From Myxococcota bacterium (GTDB lineage: Bacteria > Myxococcota_A > Polyangia > Polyangiales > Houyiibacteriaceae): DNA of 64,000 nt. The notes beneath the pieces were generated by a model, which was not told the DNA's origin, ran no database searches, and saw only the letters and a program-made list of their open reading frames with translations. Below, one piece after another: positions 9,632 through 19,833 of this stretch (the first letter of the stretch is position 1; each line of letters opens with the position of its first letter). A program made the translations under genes and the position numbers. The DNA is taken from assembly GCA_039030515.1 (NCBI GenBank), contig JBCCEA010000015.1:29825-93824 (forward strand), given 5' to 3'.

Positions 9632-10491
9632 ACACGCTGTGGAAACGTTGTCTTGCCTCTTTTATGCTCGCATCGTGGGGATGCAGCAGCTCTGAGGCGG
9701 TGCTGGAACTCACCGTGGTACTCGACAACTTGGTGCTGCGAGACGAAGCGACAGGAGAAGTGCTCAGGGACGAAACTACGGGTAAGCAGCTTGGCACCGT
9801 CGACAGCCATCCCCTACTCACCCTGCTCTTTCGTACCGAACCCGAAGAAAACGCAAATCTCGCCACGCAGTACGTGACGTCTGAACCTTCGGTAGAACAG
9901 AATATCGACTTGAGCGAGGAAGCACTTTCGAATGCCTCCTCCTTTGTGGGCGAGCCTATCGACGCAGTGGTGCTCGAGTACTCGATCGTCGCAAAGCCAA
10001 AAGACTTCGGCAGCAATCTGCTGCTTCGTATGCAGTACAGCCAGACGGCCTACCAGAGCAGCGATGCTGAACCAAACCCAAACGATTTGGTCCAGTTCCT
10101 ATTTTTTGAGCGCCCTTTCTTTCGAGACAGAACGACTCGTTACCTTGTCAGCCATCAGACGCAAAGTGCATCGGAGCAAAGGATACTGAATCGCCGGCAG
10201 GACCTGGCCGAGTCATGCAGCAGAGACGGCAACCGATGTGCGAAGCTGCTTCAGTCCTTAGACGAACTCGGTACCATTGTGGAATATGAGGCAGCTCATG
10301 AAACCTTCCTGGATGCGGTCAACGACGATGTGGCTCGCAGGGACCTAGAAACACTGAGACCTGAGACCTACGTCGATCGATGTTTTATCGCTGGATGCCT
10401 CGGTGGAAATCCAGACTGCTACTGCGACCACGATCCCGGGCAGACCTGCACCGACGCCGTAGACAACAACCTACCACATGCTTGCGACTGA
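9628..10491 (+). CDS. Putative lipoprotein with Cys-rich C-terminus
   Basis: Lipobox-like ASWGC; start overlaps the upstream stop; six Cys in the last ~40 aa. Confidence 0.6.
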   Translation: MNTLWKRCLASFMLASWGCSSSEAVLELTVVLDNLVLRDEATGEVLRDETTGKQLGTVDSHPLLTLLFRTEPEENANLATQYVTSEPSVEQNIDLSEEALSNASSFVGEPIDAVVLEYSIVAKPKDFGSNLLLRMQYSQTAYQSSDAEPNPNDLVQFLFFERPFFRDRTTRYLVSHQTQSASEQRILNRRQDLAESCSRDGNRCAKLLQSLDELGTIVEYEAAHETFLDAVNDDVARRDLETLRPETYVDRCFIAGCLGGNPDCYCDHDPGQTCTDAVDNNLPHACD

Positions 10492-10655
10492 GCGCCGCGA
10501 GCCGCCAGCCGCCGGGGACCCTACCGGTGAAACTTCGGTCTAGTCGGCATCTGCCTGGCACACTCCATCGACGGGACGAGGTTCCGCTTGTCGTCATTGC
10601 CCGGCCAACGTGTTCCGGCACCCGGACGAAAGCGGCAAAGCTCATCTGAGTCACG

Positions 10656-11663
10656 CTAGGCGTTTTCGATATCGTGAGTAGAGAACAAATCGGTTTCTTG
10701 CGTGTCTCGGTCAAAGCTGACGCGAATTGCGTCACGAAGAACTGCACGGCGACGAGCGATAGTCGTCACATGACCCCCATCGACCCAGGTCAGACGAGCC
10801 GACGGAACTTTTCTGTGAAGGGCTTCAACTTCACGAGCCGGAACAAACCCGTCATCTTTGGCCCCGACGATGATGGCGCGACTCCCGTCGGCCAAAGCAC
10901 CAAAGCTCGGCTCCACGACCCTGTCGAGGAGAGTGTAGAGATGAGTTCGCCCATCGGTTGCATTGGGACCAAGATGAATGGCGTTCCAGTCCACGGTCCA
11001 GCTCAGTGCTCCTCGGGTGTACATCGGCGCTGGCGACAAGCCGACCGCAAACGCAGAAACGGCCAAAGGTAGCTTCACTCCTGTAGCCGCGGCCATCGCG
11101 ACCCAGCCACCCATACTAAATCCGCTCACCCCGATCTCGCGATAGCCTACGCGGTCAAGCCAATAAAGGAGGGAGCGAGCTTCCCGTACGGCGGCGTACA
11201 CCATCGTGAACTGGTCGACCACCGTCTGAAGTCGGGTTCCGAATTGTTCGTCTGGCCTGCGCGCGCCGTAATAGGGATTTTCTAAAAATACCGCGGATAT
11301 GCCCTCTGCAAGCAGCGGACGTGCAAGACGCCGGCGTCTCGAAAATCCCTGCTCACCAGTCGCGGCCAAAAAGAGGCACACCGGATATTCGATATCGGAT
11401 TCGTCGGGCAACCACCATTCAAAAGCCGCCTCCTGTGCCTGCGCAGGAAGACTCATAAAGGAAGGGGAACGAAAACGTCCGCGGCGAGCGACATGCCCCC
11501 CTCGTCGACGCCTCGGACGAGACAACTCGACGCCGATCTCCTCCGGCTCCTCCGGGTACCCTCGATCCAACAAGCGGTCCAGCAGCTGAAGGTCTCCCCA
11601 GCCCCGCACGAAGTGTTTGCGGCGCGCACTAGACTTCGCAACGACTCGATCGAGCCAGTGCAT
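10656..11663 (-). CDS. Alpha/beta hydrolase (ABHD18/DUF2048-like)
   Basis: LAATGEQGF, ENPYYGARRP, GFSMGG nucleophile elbow, AKDDGFV, GGHV; start placed at MHWLD (ATG 11663). Confidence 0.8.
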   Translation of the reverse strand: MHWLDRVVAKSSARRKHFVRGWGDLQLLDRLLDRGYPEEPEEIGVELSRPRRRRGGHVARRGRFRSPSFMSLPAQAQEAAFEWWLPDESDIEYPVCLFLAATGEQGFSRRRRLARPLLAEGISAVFLENPYYGARRPDEQFGTRLQTVVDQFTMVYAAVREARSLLYWLDRVGYREIGVSGFSMGGWVAMAAATGVKLPLAVSAFAVGLSPAPMYTRGALSWTVDWNAIHLGPNATDGRTHLYTLLDRVVEPSFGALADGSRAIIVGAKDDGFVPAREVEALHRKVPSARLTWVDGGHVTTIARRRAVLRDAIRVSFDRDTQETDLFSTHDIENA

Positions 11664-11682
11664 CTTTGAGGGGCGTGCGTTT

Positions 11683-12633
11683 TTAGGAGATCGGGAGCTC
11701 TTTTGTCGACTCACCTGCGAGCAGATAGAGCACCGCCATGCGAACCGCCACCCCCGCCTCCACCTGATCGAGAACCACACTACGCGCACCATCGGCGACT
11801 TCGGGATCGATCTCGACCCCACGATTCATGGGACCAGGATGCATGACGATAGCGTGCGCCTTTGCCGAATTAAGAATCTTGGAAGTCAGTCCGAAGGTTC
11901 GACTGTATTCGCGCAGCGAGGGCAGCCGGGCAGAGGAACATCGTTCTTGCTGCACCCGCAACATCATGACCACGTCCGCATCGACCACTGCGTCCTCAAG
12001 TCGATGATGAACGTGCACCGAGGCGGCCCGAAAATCCTCTGAGAGAAGGGTGCGTGGACCGGTCAAGTGTACTTCCGAGCCAAAGAGTGAAAACAGCAGA
12101 ATATTCGAACGCGCCACTCTTGAATGAAGGACGTCACCGCAAATAGCGACCTTGAGTCCCGTGAGCGTTCCCAAAGACCGCCGGACGGTAAACGCGTCGA
12201 GCAGAGCCTGAGTTGGATGCTCATGCAGCCCGTCCCCCGCGTTGACCACACTGCACGCGACACGGTCCGCCACGTATTGAGGTGCACCCGACGACGAGTG
12301 CCGCACCACGATCACATCTGGATGCATGGCCCCCAATGTTTTGACCGTATCGCTGAGTGACTCTCCTTTGTTCACGCTAGAGGCGGCAATCCCGAGATTC
12401 ACCACGTCTGCACTGAGTCGTTTGCCCGCGAGCTCAAAAGAAGTGCGGGTTCGAGTGGAGGATTCGTAGAAAAGATGGATCACCGTCTTACCGCGAAGGG
12501 TCGGCACCTTCCTTACGGGACGCCTTGAAACCTCGTGAAACGCCTCCGCAGCGTCGAGAACGCACTTTATGTCCCCCGTGCTCAGGCCCTCGACTCCAAG
12601 TAAACTGCGGTGGCGATAGAAGACGTCAGACAT
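11683..12633 (-). CDS. pyrB: Aspartate carbamoyltransferase catalytic subunit
   Basis: [45 protein letters not shown]. Confidence 0.96.
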   Translation of the reverse strand: MSDVFYRHRSLLGVEGLSTGDIKCVLDAAEAFHEVSRRPVRKVPTLRGKTVIHLFYESSTRTRTSFELAGKRLSADVVNLGIAASSVNKGESLSDTVKTLGAMHPDVIVVRHSSSGAPQYVADRVACSVVNAGDGLHEHPTQALLDAFTVRRSLGTLTGLKVAICGDVLHSRVARSNILLFSLFGSEVHLTGPRTLLSEDFRAASVHVHHRLEDAVVDADVVMMLRVQQERCSSARLPSLREYSRTFGLTSKILNSAKAHAIVMHPGPMNRGVEIDPEVADGARSVVLDQVEAGVAVRMAVLYLLAGESTKELPIS

Positions 12634-13252
12634 CGTCTGCACCTTCCCTTTGGATCGCAAGAACGGAGCTGAGTGGGTTCGGTGATTCCAGTGGGGAACT
12701 CGGGTCTACGGATCGCGGTCGAAAGAGGACCGCTGAGGGTTCTACGCTGTCTTCGTCGATACGCACCTCAACCCGCACCCCCCTTGGCAAGTCGAGCTCA
12801 CGTCCGACAGTATCTGCCGCTATCGGGAGCTCACGGCCCCGCCTGTCGATAAGCACTGCCAGGAGGATTCGAGCGGGACGTCCGTGATCCAAAAGGCAGT
12901 CGATCGCCGCCCGAACCGTTCGACCGGTCTGGAGCACATCGTCGACCAGCAACACCTGTTTGCCGCTCACCTGGAACGGGATTTCACTGGGTCCGATCTT
13001 AGGGCTGGGAAGAGCGGTCGCGGCGTCGTCTCGATAGAGCGCGATATCCACCGAACCTACCGGCACTACACACTGCTCCTGAGATTCGATTTCGCGAGCC
13101 AGCCTTCGCGACAGACCAATGCCCCCTCTACGAACACCCACGAGCACCAGTGACTGCACGCCCTTCGCCTGCTCCAACACCTCTGAAGCCATCCGGCGAA
13201 CACATCGATCGATCGCCGTCGCGTCCAGAAGAGTTTCTGCCGAACTACCCAT
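12626..13252 (-). CDS. pyrR: Pyrimidine operon regulator / uracil phosphoribosyltransferase PyrR
   Basis: [32 protein letters not shown]; overlaps the pyrB start. Confidence 0.93.
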   Translation of the reverse strand: MGSSAETLLDATAIDRCVRRMASEVLEQAKGVQSLVLVGVRRGGIGLSRRLAREIESQEQCVVPVGSVDIALYRDDAATALPSPKIGPSEIPFQVSGKQVLLVDDVLQTGRTVRAAIDCLLDHGRPARILLAVLIDRRGRELPIAADTVGRELDLPRGVRVEVRIDEDSVEPSAVLFRPRSVDPSSPLESPNPLSSVLAIQREGADDV

Positions 13253-13340
13253 CGCGCGGGTGTATGCATCAGTCCACGAGTGCGTCAAGAGAAGAGCGAT
13301 CTCTATCTGACCTGATCATGAAGAAACGAAAGGCACACCT

Positions 13341-13928
13341 TTAGCTCGCAACGGGCAGCGCATGGGGCGCCTGCTCACCCTGATCGATCCGCTGCTCCAT
13401 TTCGTATTTGGAAGGGCATCTTGGAACCACTTGGTTTGCCTGAAAAATCCCTTCGGTATCGAGCGACCCTTGGACGGTCACCCGAATACCAAAGCCATCC
13501 CGAAAAGTATCTGGAACAACACACTGCGAAAAGCGAACCGGCATCGATACGCCTTCTTGCTCGAGCACAAACCGCCACTCGCAGGGCTCATCTCGAAACT
13601 GAATCGATCCGGATCGAAGTCCGCCCTCCACCCGCAACTCGCGGCCCTCAAAAGCGACAGGATTCGTCATCACTTCGTGTACGAGCTTCGAGTAGACGAA
13701 CGCGTCTCCCGCACCACTGCCGAGAGAGAGAAACACGACGACACTCAGGAGCACTCCGAATACCCCGGCCGCTTTGACGGTGGGAGACAGTCCAGTTTTG
13801 GACCAGCGTGCGCGGGACTCGTCATCCGCTTCGACGTCAACATCGTCTAACTCTGCGGAACTACCTGCCTCGTCTGTGACTTCGGATTCGTGCATGAAAC
13901 ATCGCTGTGAAACGGCAGCCCGATTCAC
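13341..13928 (-). CDS. ccmE: Cytochrome c maturation heme chaperone CcmE (CxxxY variant)
   Basis: TM anchor, LRVEG, VPDTF, VTVQG, C-terminal CPSKY in place of HxxxY. Confidence 0.85.
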   Translation of the reverse strand: MNRAAVSQRCFMHESEVTDEAGSSAELDDVDVEADDESRARWSKTGLSPTVKAAGVFGVLLSVVVFLSLGSGAGDAFVYSKLVHEVMTNPVAFEGRELRVEGGLRSGSIQFRDEPCEWRFVLEQEGVSMPVRFSQCVVPDTFRDGFGIRVTVQGSLDTEGIFQANQVVPRCPSKYEMEQRIDQGEQAPHALPVAS

Positions 13929-14033
13929 GGAGGCTCTGAGCGTTCCAGTTTAAGCGAAACAGGGAGAGCGCCAACTGAGCGTCCTCCCTGGATGTAGGTA
14001 CAAAAAGCTTTTGAGGATAGGACTCCGTCGTCC

Positions 14034-14075
14034 GATCCTTCAGCAAAGTAGCCCGATGCCTCAGCGAAGTAACCC
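14034..14075. repeat. Imperfect 21 bp tandem duplication (2 copies)
   Basis: GATCCTTCAGCAAAGTAGCCC / GATGCCTCAGCGAAGTAACCC, 17/21 identical, between atpE and ccmE. Confidence 0.6.
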
Positions 14076-14133
14076 ATGAGGCAGCCACGGTATTCAAACC
14101 GCAGCATTCGAACCAGAGCAAGCTTAATTTGGA

Positions 14134-14451
14134 TCAGCCGGTGATCATGATGATCGCCACGACGAGCGCGTAAATCACCAGTGACTCGATCAGAGCCAAA
14201 CTCAGGATCATCGGAGTGAACAACTTGCCGGAGGCGCTTGGATTTCTAGCGATACCTTCCAATGCGGCTGCAGCAGCTCGGGCCTGGCCGAGCGAACCGC
14301 CAAGAGCGGCCACGCCGATCGCCAGTGCCGCTGCAAAGGCTTTGGAAATGGATACGTCTGCTTCGTTGCTGGCAGCATCTTCTGCGAAGGCTGTAGCGGT
14401 CACAAGCAGAGGGGCGACTAGTCCGAACAGCCGGAGAACCACCTTGTGCAT
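14134..14451 (-). CDS. atpE: ATP synthase Fo subunit c
   Basis: GIARNP loop, [10 protein letters not shown] with the ion-binding Glu; N-terminal signal-peptide-like extension. Confidence 0.95.
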   Translation of the reverse strand: MHKVVLRLFGLVAPLLVTATAFAEDAASNEADVSISKAFAAALAIGVAALGGSLGQARAAAAALEGIARNPSASGKLFTPMILSLALIESLVIYALVVAIIMITG

Positions 14452-14520
14452 TTCTGGCTCCTTACTTCCTTATCGTGTGGGAGGTGGGTGATGGCCCTTC
14501 CCCCCGAAAAGTTTACGATC

Positions 14521-15327
14521 TCAATGGTCTTCGTGGGCGATGGCCAACGAAATGTAGACCGTAGACAACAGACAAAAAACGAGAGTTTGTACCGTAACGA
14601 CGATACATCCCATGACGTACATCGGAATCGGGACCACGAAGGGCACGAGACCGATGAAAATGAGAAGCACCATGTGGTCCGCCGTCATGTTTGCCGCAAG
14701 TCGAATCGCGAGAGAAAGCGGTCGAACGATGTGGCTCACCAGCTCGATGACCAGCATAAGCGGAGCTAGAGGCAAGAAAGGACCGAGAAAATGCTTGAAG
14801 TACGCCGCCCCGTGTTCACGCACGCCGAAGATGTGGGTGGCAAAAAAAACGATCAGCCCGAGGGCAAGCGTGGTCGAGACCTTATCGGTGGGCGGCAGAA
14901 AGTGCGGGGTGAGACCGAGGACGTTGGAAAAAAAGATGAAGAACGCTAGCGATCCGATGAGCGGCAGGAAGAACTTGGCGGCCTTTTTTCCCATCATGCC
15001 GACCATCATTTCGTAGACGCCACCGACTAGAAGCTCTGTAAAGGTGCGTACGGTGAGCGTTTCCTCTGGGATCATCGCCAACTTCACATCGCGAACCGCT
15101 CGGGATACCCGAACGCCGAGCAGGCACAGAATCGTAACCACCAGCGCTGCACTGAATACGTGCTGCGCACTTACAGGCTCGTGAGCAAGCCAGGTCACCC
15201 CTGCAACTCCGTGAGCCTGTAATTCTTCGGAGGGCGGATCGCCGGCAACGTGCTGTATGAACCGCTCCGTATTGGTGTACAGGTTGCCCAACAAAATATC
15301 GAACCACGACGATTCGTGTTGTTCCAT
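14521..15327 (-). CDS. atpB: ATP synthase Fo subunit a
   Basis: FFSNVLGL, RPLSLAIRLAANM, VQTLVFCLLSTVYI. Confidence 0.95.
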   Translation of the reverse strand: MEQHESSWFDILLGNLYTNTERFIQHVAGDPPSEELQAHGVAGVTWLAHEPVSAQHVFSAALVVTILCLLGVRVSRAVRDVKLAMIPEETLTVRTFTELLVGGVYEMMVGMMGKKAAKFFLPLIGSLAFFIFFSNVLGLTPHFLPPTDKVSTTLALGLIVFFATHIFGVREHGAAYFKHFLGPFLPLAPLMLVIELVSHIVRPLSLAIRLAANMTADHMVLLIFIGLVPFVVPIPMYVMGCIVVTVQTLVFCLLSTVYISLAIAHEDH

Positions 15328-15329
15328 GC

Positions 15330-15890
15330 CTACTGCTCCCCCGGTGTGCGGTCCGTCGTCGTAGCGTGGACTCCGCTGGAAGATAGATGTTCGCTGACGG
15401 CGTTCTCCCGAAGGAGATGGCTCTCGTGAGGATCGAGGAAGTCTTTAGAAGGCCGGCTAGAATCGATCGCTTCTTCAGGGTGGGCCGCGTGCTCGGGGCA
15501 AGCCGCGCGCTCAGGCTCGCTCGGGCTTCCAGCACCGAAGAAGATACCGAGCGCAAAGGAGCCCGTGCCGACTAGATACCCAACAGGATCCACTCCGGCG
15601 TCGCGGATGAGGACCCAGCTTAGGAAGATCAGAAAAGTCATCTTGAAGCCGAGCAGACCCGCAATGGAGAACCGGCTTGCGTCGCTTGCGGTTGAGATTC
15701 GGGAAACGAGGAATCGCAGCAAGATCCAGTTCGCCACAGACACGATCGTACCGACCAGCGCTCCAAAACTGATTTTGGGACCCAGAAGCGCAAAAGCAGC
15801 CGCGGTGAGCACCGTTCCGAAAAGCGCGATCTGAACGGTGATTCGATCGAACGAACCGCTCGCGCGGGCGAACCTGTCGAGCTCAAGCAT
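15330..15890 (-). CDS. atpI: ATP synthase subunit I-like membrane protein
   Basis: About 4 TM helices directly upstream of atpB; start placed at MLELD (ATG 15890). Confidence 0.7.
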   Translation of the reverse strand: MLELDRFARASGSFDRITVQIALFGTVLTAAAFALLGPKISFGALVGTIVSVANWILLRFLVSRISTASDASRFSIAGLLGFKMTFLIFLSWVLIRDAGVDPVGYLVGTGSFALGIFFGAGSPSEPERAACPEHAAHPEEAIDSSRPSKDFLDPHESHLLRENAVSEHLSSSGVHATTTDRTPGEQ

Positions 15891-16155
15891 CGGGACGGTC
15901 TTGGGGTTCTTTTTCGCGGTTTTGATCGATGGAATCAAGTTCTCTCCGAACCGAAACGAGGACCCGATGAACACTCTTCACCGCAGCGCAAAGGCCCACC
16001 GTAAGACCGAACCACATCATCCAAGGATGGGTTCCGAGCGATGTGTCGAGCCATCGACCTCCAAAGAAGCCGACAAGCGTAGACAAAACGATTTCTAATC
16101 CGAGCGTGCTTACCCTGCCGAACGCACGTAGCTGATGTGGATCCAGCAGAGGCAT
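15883..16155 (-). CDS. AtpZ/AtpI-family small membrane protein
   Basis: GRWLDTSLGTHPW motif with 2 TM helices; first gene of the Fo operon. Confidence 0.8.
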   Translation of the reverse strand: MPLLDPHQLRAFGRVSTLGLEIVLSTLVGFFGGRWLDTSLGTHPWMMWFGLTVGLCAAVKSVHRVLVSVRRELDSIDQNREKEPQDRPDA

Positions 16156-16331
16156 CGAACATCCCAGATCGCTGTTTTTCAACAGTCAAAGAGTCATCGG
16201 AAGTCAGAGGAATGCCGGTGACCGTGCCTCATTACCCGGCCGCCTTCGTACCGATTCGGCACGCCGCGGCGCATTAACACGAGGCCATAGCCCGGTCAAG
16301 ATCGACCTCAGGGCACGAGTGGGGGGCGGGT

Positions 16332-17615
16332 CTACAGCGCAGCAAAAGCTTCTCGAGCCGCTTGCTCTGTGACCTCAAGACACGGACCCTCGTGGGTGAT
16401 CGAAGGAAACGCCGCTTCGAACTGACTGGGAGGCCAATACACCCCGCGCTCCAACATCGATCGATGCCACCGCCCGAACGCATCGCGGTCACAGCGGTCT
16501 GCTTCTCGCCAGCTACGTACCGGTTCTGGGCTAAAGAAGGCGGTGAGCATCGCGCCCACCCGCTGAATTTGAACTTGTGCGGAGGACCTTTTGGATGCCT
16601 CTGCCAAAATAGAGGCCACGGTTTGGGCGCACGATTCGAGTCGCTCGTAAAAGCCCTCTTCATCGAGAAGCTCCAGGGTCCTGATACCTGCGGCCACCGC
16701 CAGTGGATTTCCGCTCAGCGTCCCCGCTTGGTACACGGGGCCGGAAGGCGCCACCATCGACATCACGTCTCGGCGACCACCGTAAGCCCCGACCGGCAGC
16801 CCTCCTCCCAGGATCTTGCCGAGGCAGGTGAGGTCCGGCGTGAGACCGAAGCGCTCCTGCGCCCCCCCTCGGGCCACTCGAAATCCAGTCATCACCTCGT
16901 CGAACACCAGGAGGCTATCGTATTCTTCAGTCAGGCTGCGGAGTTCCTCGAGCCACGCTAGTTCTGGGGCCACGCACCCCATATTTCCGGCGACCGGCTC
17001 GACGATCACGGCCGCAACGTCGCGACCACGGGCTTTGAATAGTTGCTGGATGCCCTCGATATCGTTGTAGTGCACGAGGGAGGTCGTCGAAGCGATGGCC
17101 TTCGGAACACCGGCACTGTCTGGAGCCCCGAGCGTCGCTGCGCCCGACCCCGCCTTGACCAGCAGATAATCGGCACCTCCGTGGTACGCCCCGATGCATT
17201 TGACCACGAGATCGCGACCGGTATATCCCCTCGCAACCCGGAGCGCGCCCATCACAGCTTCGGTCCCGCTGGAGGTCAACCGAACCATCTGCATGGAGGG
17301 CACGAAGTCGCGAATCTTTTCAGCCAAAGCGACCTCACCTTGGGTTGGGGCCCCGAAGCTGGAGCTCTGCTGAGCGGCCTCGCAAATCGCCTCAACTACC
17401 TCGGCACGGGCGTGACCAAGGATCATGGGGCCCCAGGAACCGATGTAGTCCACGTAGCGCCGACCATCTGCTCCCTTCAACCAGGGACCCGATGCCGACT
17501 GGATGTACACCGGAGATCCCCCGACCGACTGAAACGCCCGCACGGGAGAGTTGACCCCGCCAGGCATCACCTGCAGCGCCTTTTCGTGAAGTGCCCTCGA
17601 AACCGCATCAGACAT
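16332..17615 (-). CDS. hemL: Glutamate-1-semialdehyde 2,1-aminomutase
   Basis: PGGVNSPVRAF, SWGPMILGH, SGTEA, FDEVMTGFR, GKILGGGLPVG, YQAGTLSGNP. Confidence 0.96.
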   Translation of the reverse strand: MSDAVSRALHEKALQVMPGGVNSPVRAFQSVGGSPVYIQSASGPWLKGADGRRYVDYIGSWGPMILGHARAEVVEAICEAAQQSSSFGAPTQGEVALAEKIRDFVPSMQMVRLTSSGTEAVMGALRVARGYTGRDLVVKCIGAYHGGADYLLVKAGSGAATLGAPDSAGVPKAIASTTSLVHYNDIEGIQQLFKARGRDVAAVIVEPVAGNMGCVAPELAWLEELRSLTEEYDSLLVFDEVMTGFRVARGGAQERFGLTPDLTCLGKILGGGLPVGAYGGRRDVMSMVAPSGPVYQAGTLSGNPLAVAAGIRTLELLDEEGFYERLESCAQTVASILAEASKRSSAQVQIQRVGAMLTAFFSPEPVRSWREADRCDRDAFGRWHRSMLERGVYWPPSQFEAAFPSITHEGPCLEVTEQAAREAFAAL

Positions 17616-17642
17616 AGCTCGAATTTCCTCCCCTTTGGAATA

Positions 17643-17692
17643 CATGCCAAACCAAGAGCGTCATGCCAAACCAGGAGCGTCATGCCAAATCC
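17643..17692. repeat. 19 bp tandem repeat (about 2.6 copies)
   Basis: CATGCCAAACCA(A/G)GAGCGT twice plus CATGCCAAATCC, in the divergent hemL/moxR gap. Confidence 0.8.
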
Positions 17693-17867
17693 TCATCGTT
17701 CAGTGGCCTCAACCTCGACTACGCGATCGACTCATCGACGTGCAGCACTCTTCGATAGGTTTAATGGGTCGATAGGTCTGACTGGCCGGGTGTTGCCCTC
17801 GCATGTGCACCCGTGCTACCGCGCTGCGGCCGGTAGTAGAGGATCTTACTCAATTGCGTAAGGGAAT

Positions 17868-18884
17868 ATGATGTCGACCGACGTTCGAGCCATTAACGAC
17901 ATGGTCAAACGCGAAAGCGTGTTCATCGAAACCATTTTGCACGAAGTACGTAAGGTAGTTGTCGGGCAGGACACGATGGTGCAGCGCATATTGATAGGTC
18001 TGCTCACCGGAGGCCACGTGTTGCTCGAGGGAGTACCCGGTCTTGCCAAGACACTCACCTGCAATACCCTTTGCGACACGATTCAGGGGCAGTTTTCGAG
18101 AATTCAGTTCACGCCGGACCTTCTGCCCGCAGACGTGGTGGGGACTGTGATCTACAGCCAAAGGACGGGCGACTTTACCCCTCGCCGCGGGCCGATTTTT
18201 GCAAACCTAGTGCTTGCGGACGAGATCAACCGAGCGCCGGCGAAAGTACAAAGCGCCCTGCTCGAGGCGATGCAAGAGCAGCAGGTAACCATCGGCGATA
18301 CCACCCATCGACTCGAGCCTCCTTTTATGGTCATGGCAACCCAGAATCCGATCGAGCAAGAGGGGACCTATCCCCTCGCGGAGGCACAGCTCGACCGGTT
18401 TATGCTCCATGTCCGCGTAGGCTATCCGTCCAAAGCGCAGGAGCGGGAAGTGATGGAGAAGATCGCCGACCACAGCCTGCTTGGAGACGACGCCGGCGCC
18501 ACGTTGAAAGCCAATAAGGTCGCCTCTCTTTCACAGCTGATCGAAGCGCGAAAGGTGATCGGGCATGTCTACGTGGACGAGCGCATCAAGGACTACATCG
18601 TCGAAGTGGTTGCAGCGACGCGCGACCCCGAGCAGGCGGGCCTTAAGGACCTCAGCGATATGGTGGCCAATGGAGCCTCACCGCGGGCATCGATCGCGCT
18701 GAATATCGCGTCTCGGGCGCACGCATTTATCGAGCGAAGAGGGTTTGTCACTCCCGAGGACGTCAAAGCGGTGGGACCTGACGTTCTCAGACACCGGCTC
18801 GTTCGAACCTACGAAGCGGAAGCCGAGGAAGTCACGAACGAACAGCTGGTCCGGCGCATTTTCGAAGCGATCGAAGTTCCTTGA
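17868..18884 (+). CDS. moxR: MoxR-family AAA+ ATPase
   Basis: EGVPGLAKT, RIQFTPDLLPAD, DEINRAPAKVQSALLEAMQE, ATQNPIEQEGTYPL. Confidence 0.95.
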   Translation: MMSTDVRAINDMVKRESVFIETILHEVRKVVVGQDTMVQRILIGLLTGGHVLLEGVPGLAKTLTCNTLCDTIQGQFSRIQFTPDLLPADVVGTVIYSQRTGDFTPRRGPIFANLVLADEINRAPAKVQSALLEAMQEQQVTIGDTTHRLEPPFMVMATQNPIEQEGTYPLAEAQLDRFMLHVRVGYPSKAQEREVMEKIADHSLLGDDAGATLKANKVASLSQLIEARKVIGHVYVDERIKDYIVEVVAATRDPEQAGLKDLSDMVANGASPRASIALNIASRAHAFIERRGFVTPEDVKAVGPDVLRHRLVRTYEAEAEEVTNEQLVRRIFEAIEVP

Positions 18885-18945
18885 ACCCGATCGCGTGTCT
18901 CCGAGGCGTTCGGATTTCCTCGGCTTCGGATGAGAGATATCCAGC

Positions 18946-19833
18946 ATGATCTCACGCAAACTCCTCAAGAAACTGCGCAAGATCGAAATCCAGACCTCAC
19001 GTCTGGCAAACGACCAGCTCGCAGGGAGCTATCACTCGGTCTTCAAGGGCCGCGGAATGGCGTTTAGCGAAGTACGCCAGTACCAGCCCGGCGACGACGT
19101 GCGGTTCATCGACCGGAACGTCAGCGCACGTATGCAGGACCCGTACGTAAAGGTCTTCGTTGAGGAGCGGGAAGTCACCGTCATGCTGCTCGTGGATCTC
19201 TCTGGGAGCGAACGCTTCGAGTCGGACGGCAGTCCGAAAATCGACACGGTGGCGGAGGTGGCTGCGCTACTCGCGTTTAGCGCAAACAAGAACAACGACC
19301 GAGTCGGCCTGATACTGTTTACCGATCGGATTGAGCGCTTCGTTCCCGCCAAAAAAGGACGCGGACATGTCATGCGGATCGTCACGGAGATCCTGAATGC
19401 GAAGCCGGAGGGAACCAAGACCGACCTCGCCGCACCTCTCGATCTTCTGGGCAGTGTCGCCAAGCGACGCTCGGTGGCCTTCTTGGTAAGCGACTTTATC
19501 GCGGACGATTGGGAACACTCGCTTCGCGTGGTCGCGAGGAAACACGATCTCATCCCGGTCCAGGTAGTCGACCCCCGGGAGGAAGCGCTGCCGGACGTAG
19601 GTCTCGCCCTGATGGAGGACTTGGAGTCGGGAGAGGTCTTCGAGGTAGACACCAGCGATCCGGTTGCACGCCGCGCATACGCTCAAACGTTTGACGAACA
19701 AAAGATCAGCCGCGAGCAGCTCTTTCGGCGCCTACGCGTCGATCACGTCGTGATACGGACCGACAAACCTCACGTGCAGCCGATCGTGGAGCTGTTCCGG
19801 CGACGCGAACGACGTTTGAGAGGGTATCGATGA
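18946..19833 (+). CDS. DUF58 (VWA-like) protein
   Basis: GRGMAFSEVRQYQPGDDVR, VKVFVEERE, DLSGS, NDRVGL, SDF. Confidence 0.92.
   Translation: MISRKLLKKLRKIEIQTSRLANDQLAGSYHSVFKGRGMAFSEVRQYQPGDDVRFIDRNVSARMQDPYVKVFVEEREVTVMLLVDLSGSERFESDGSPKIDTVAEVAALLAFSANKNNDRVGLILFTDRIERFVPAKKGRGHVMRIVTEILNAKPEGTKTDLAAPLDLLGSVAKRRSVAFLVSDFIADDWEHSLRVVARKHDLIPVQVVDPREEALPDVGLALMEDLESGEVFEVDTSDPVARRAYAQTFDEQKISREQLFRRLRVDHVVIRTDKPHVQPIVELFRRRERRLRGYR

Noticed and set aside
10492..10655. Ribozyme or ncRNA in the convergent gap
   Set aside because: No hammerhead CUGANGA/GAAA core or other recognisable motif on either strand.
14134..14451. Na+-translocating ATP synthase (Gln plus ES..Y in subunit c)
   Set aside because: The motif is ESL rather than EST and lacks the upstream Pro; Q/ESL/Y also occurs in proton-coupled c subunits, so it is not diagnostic.
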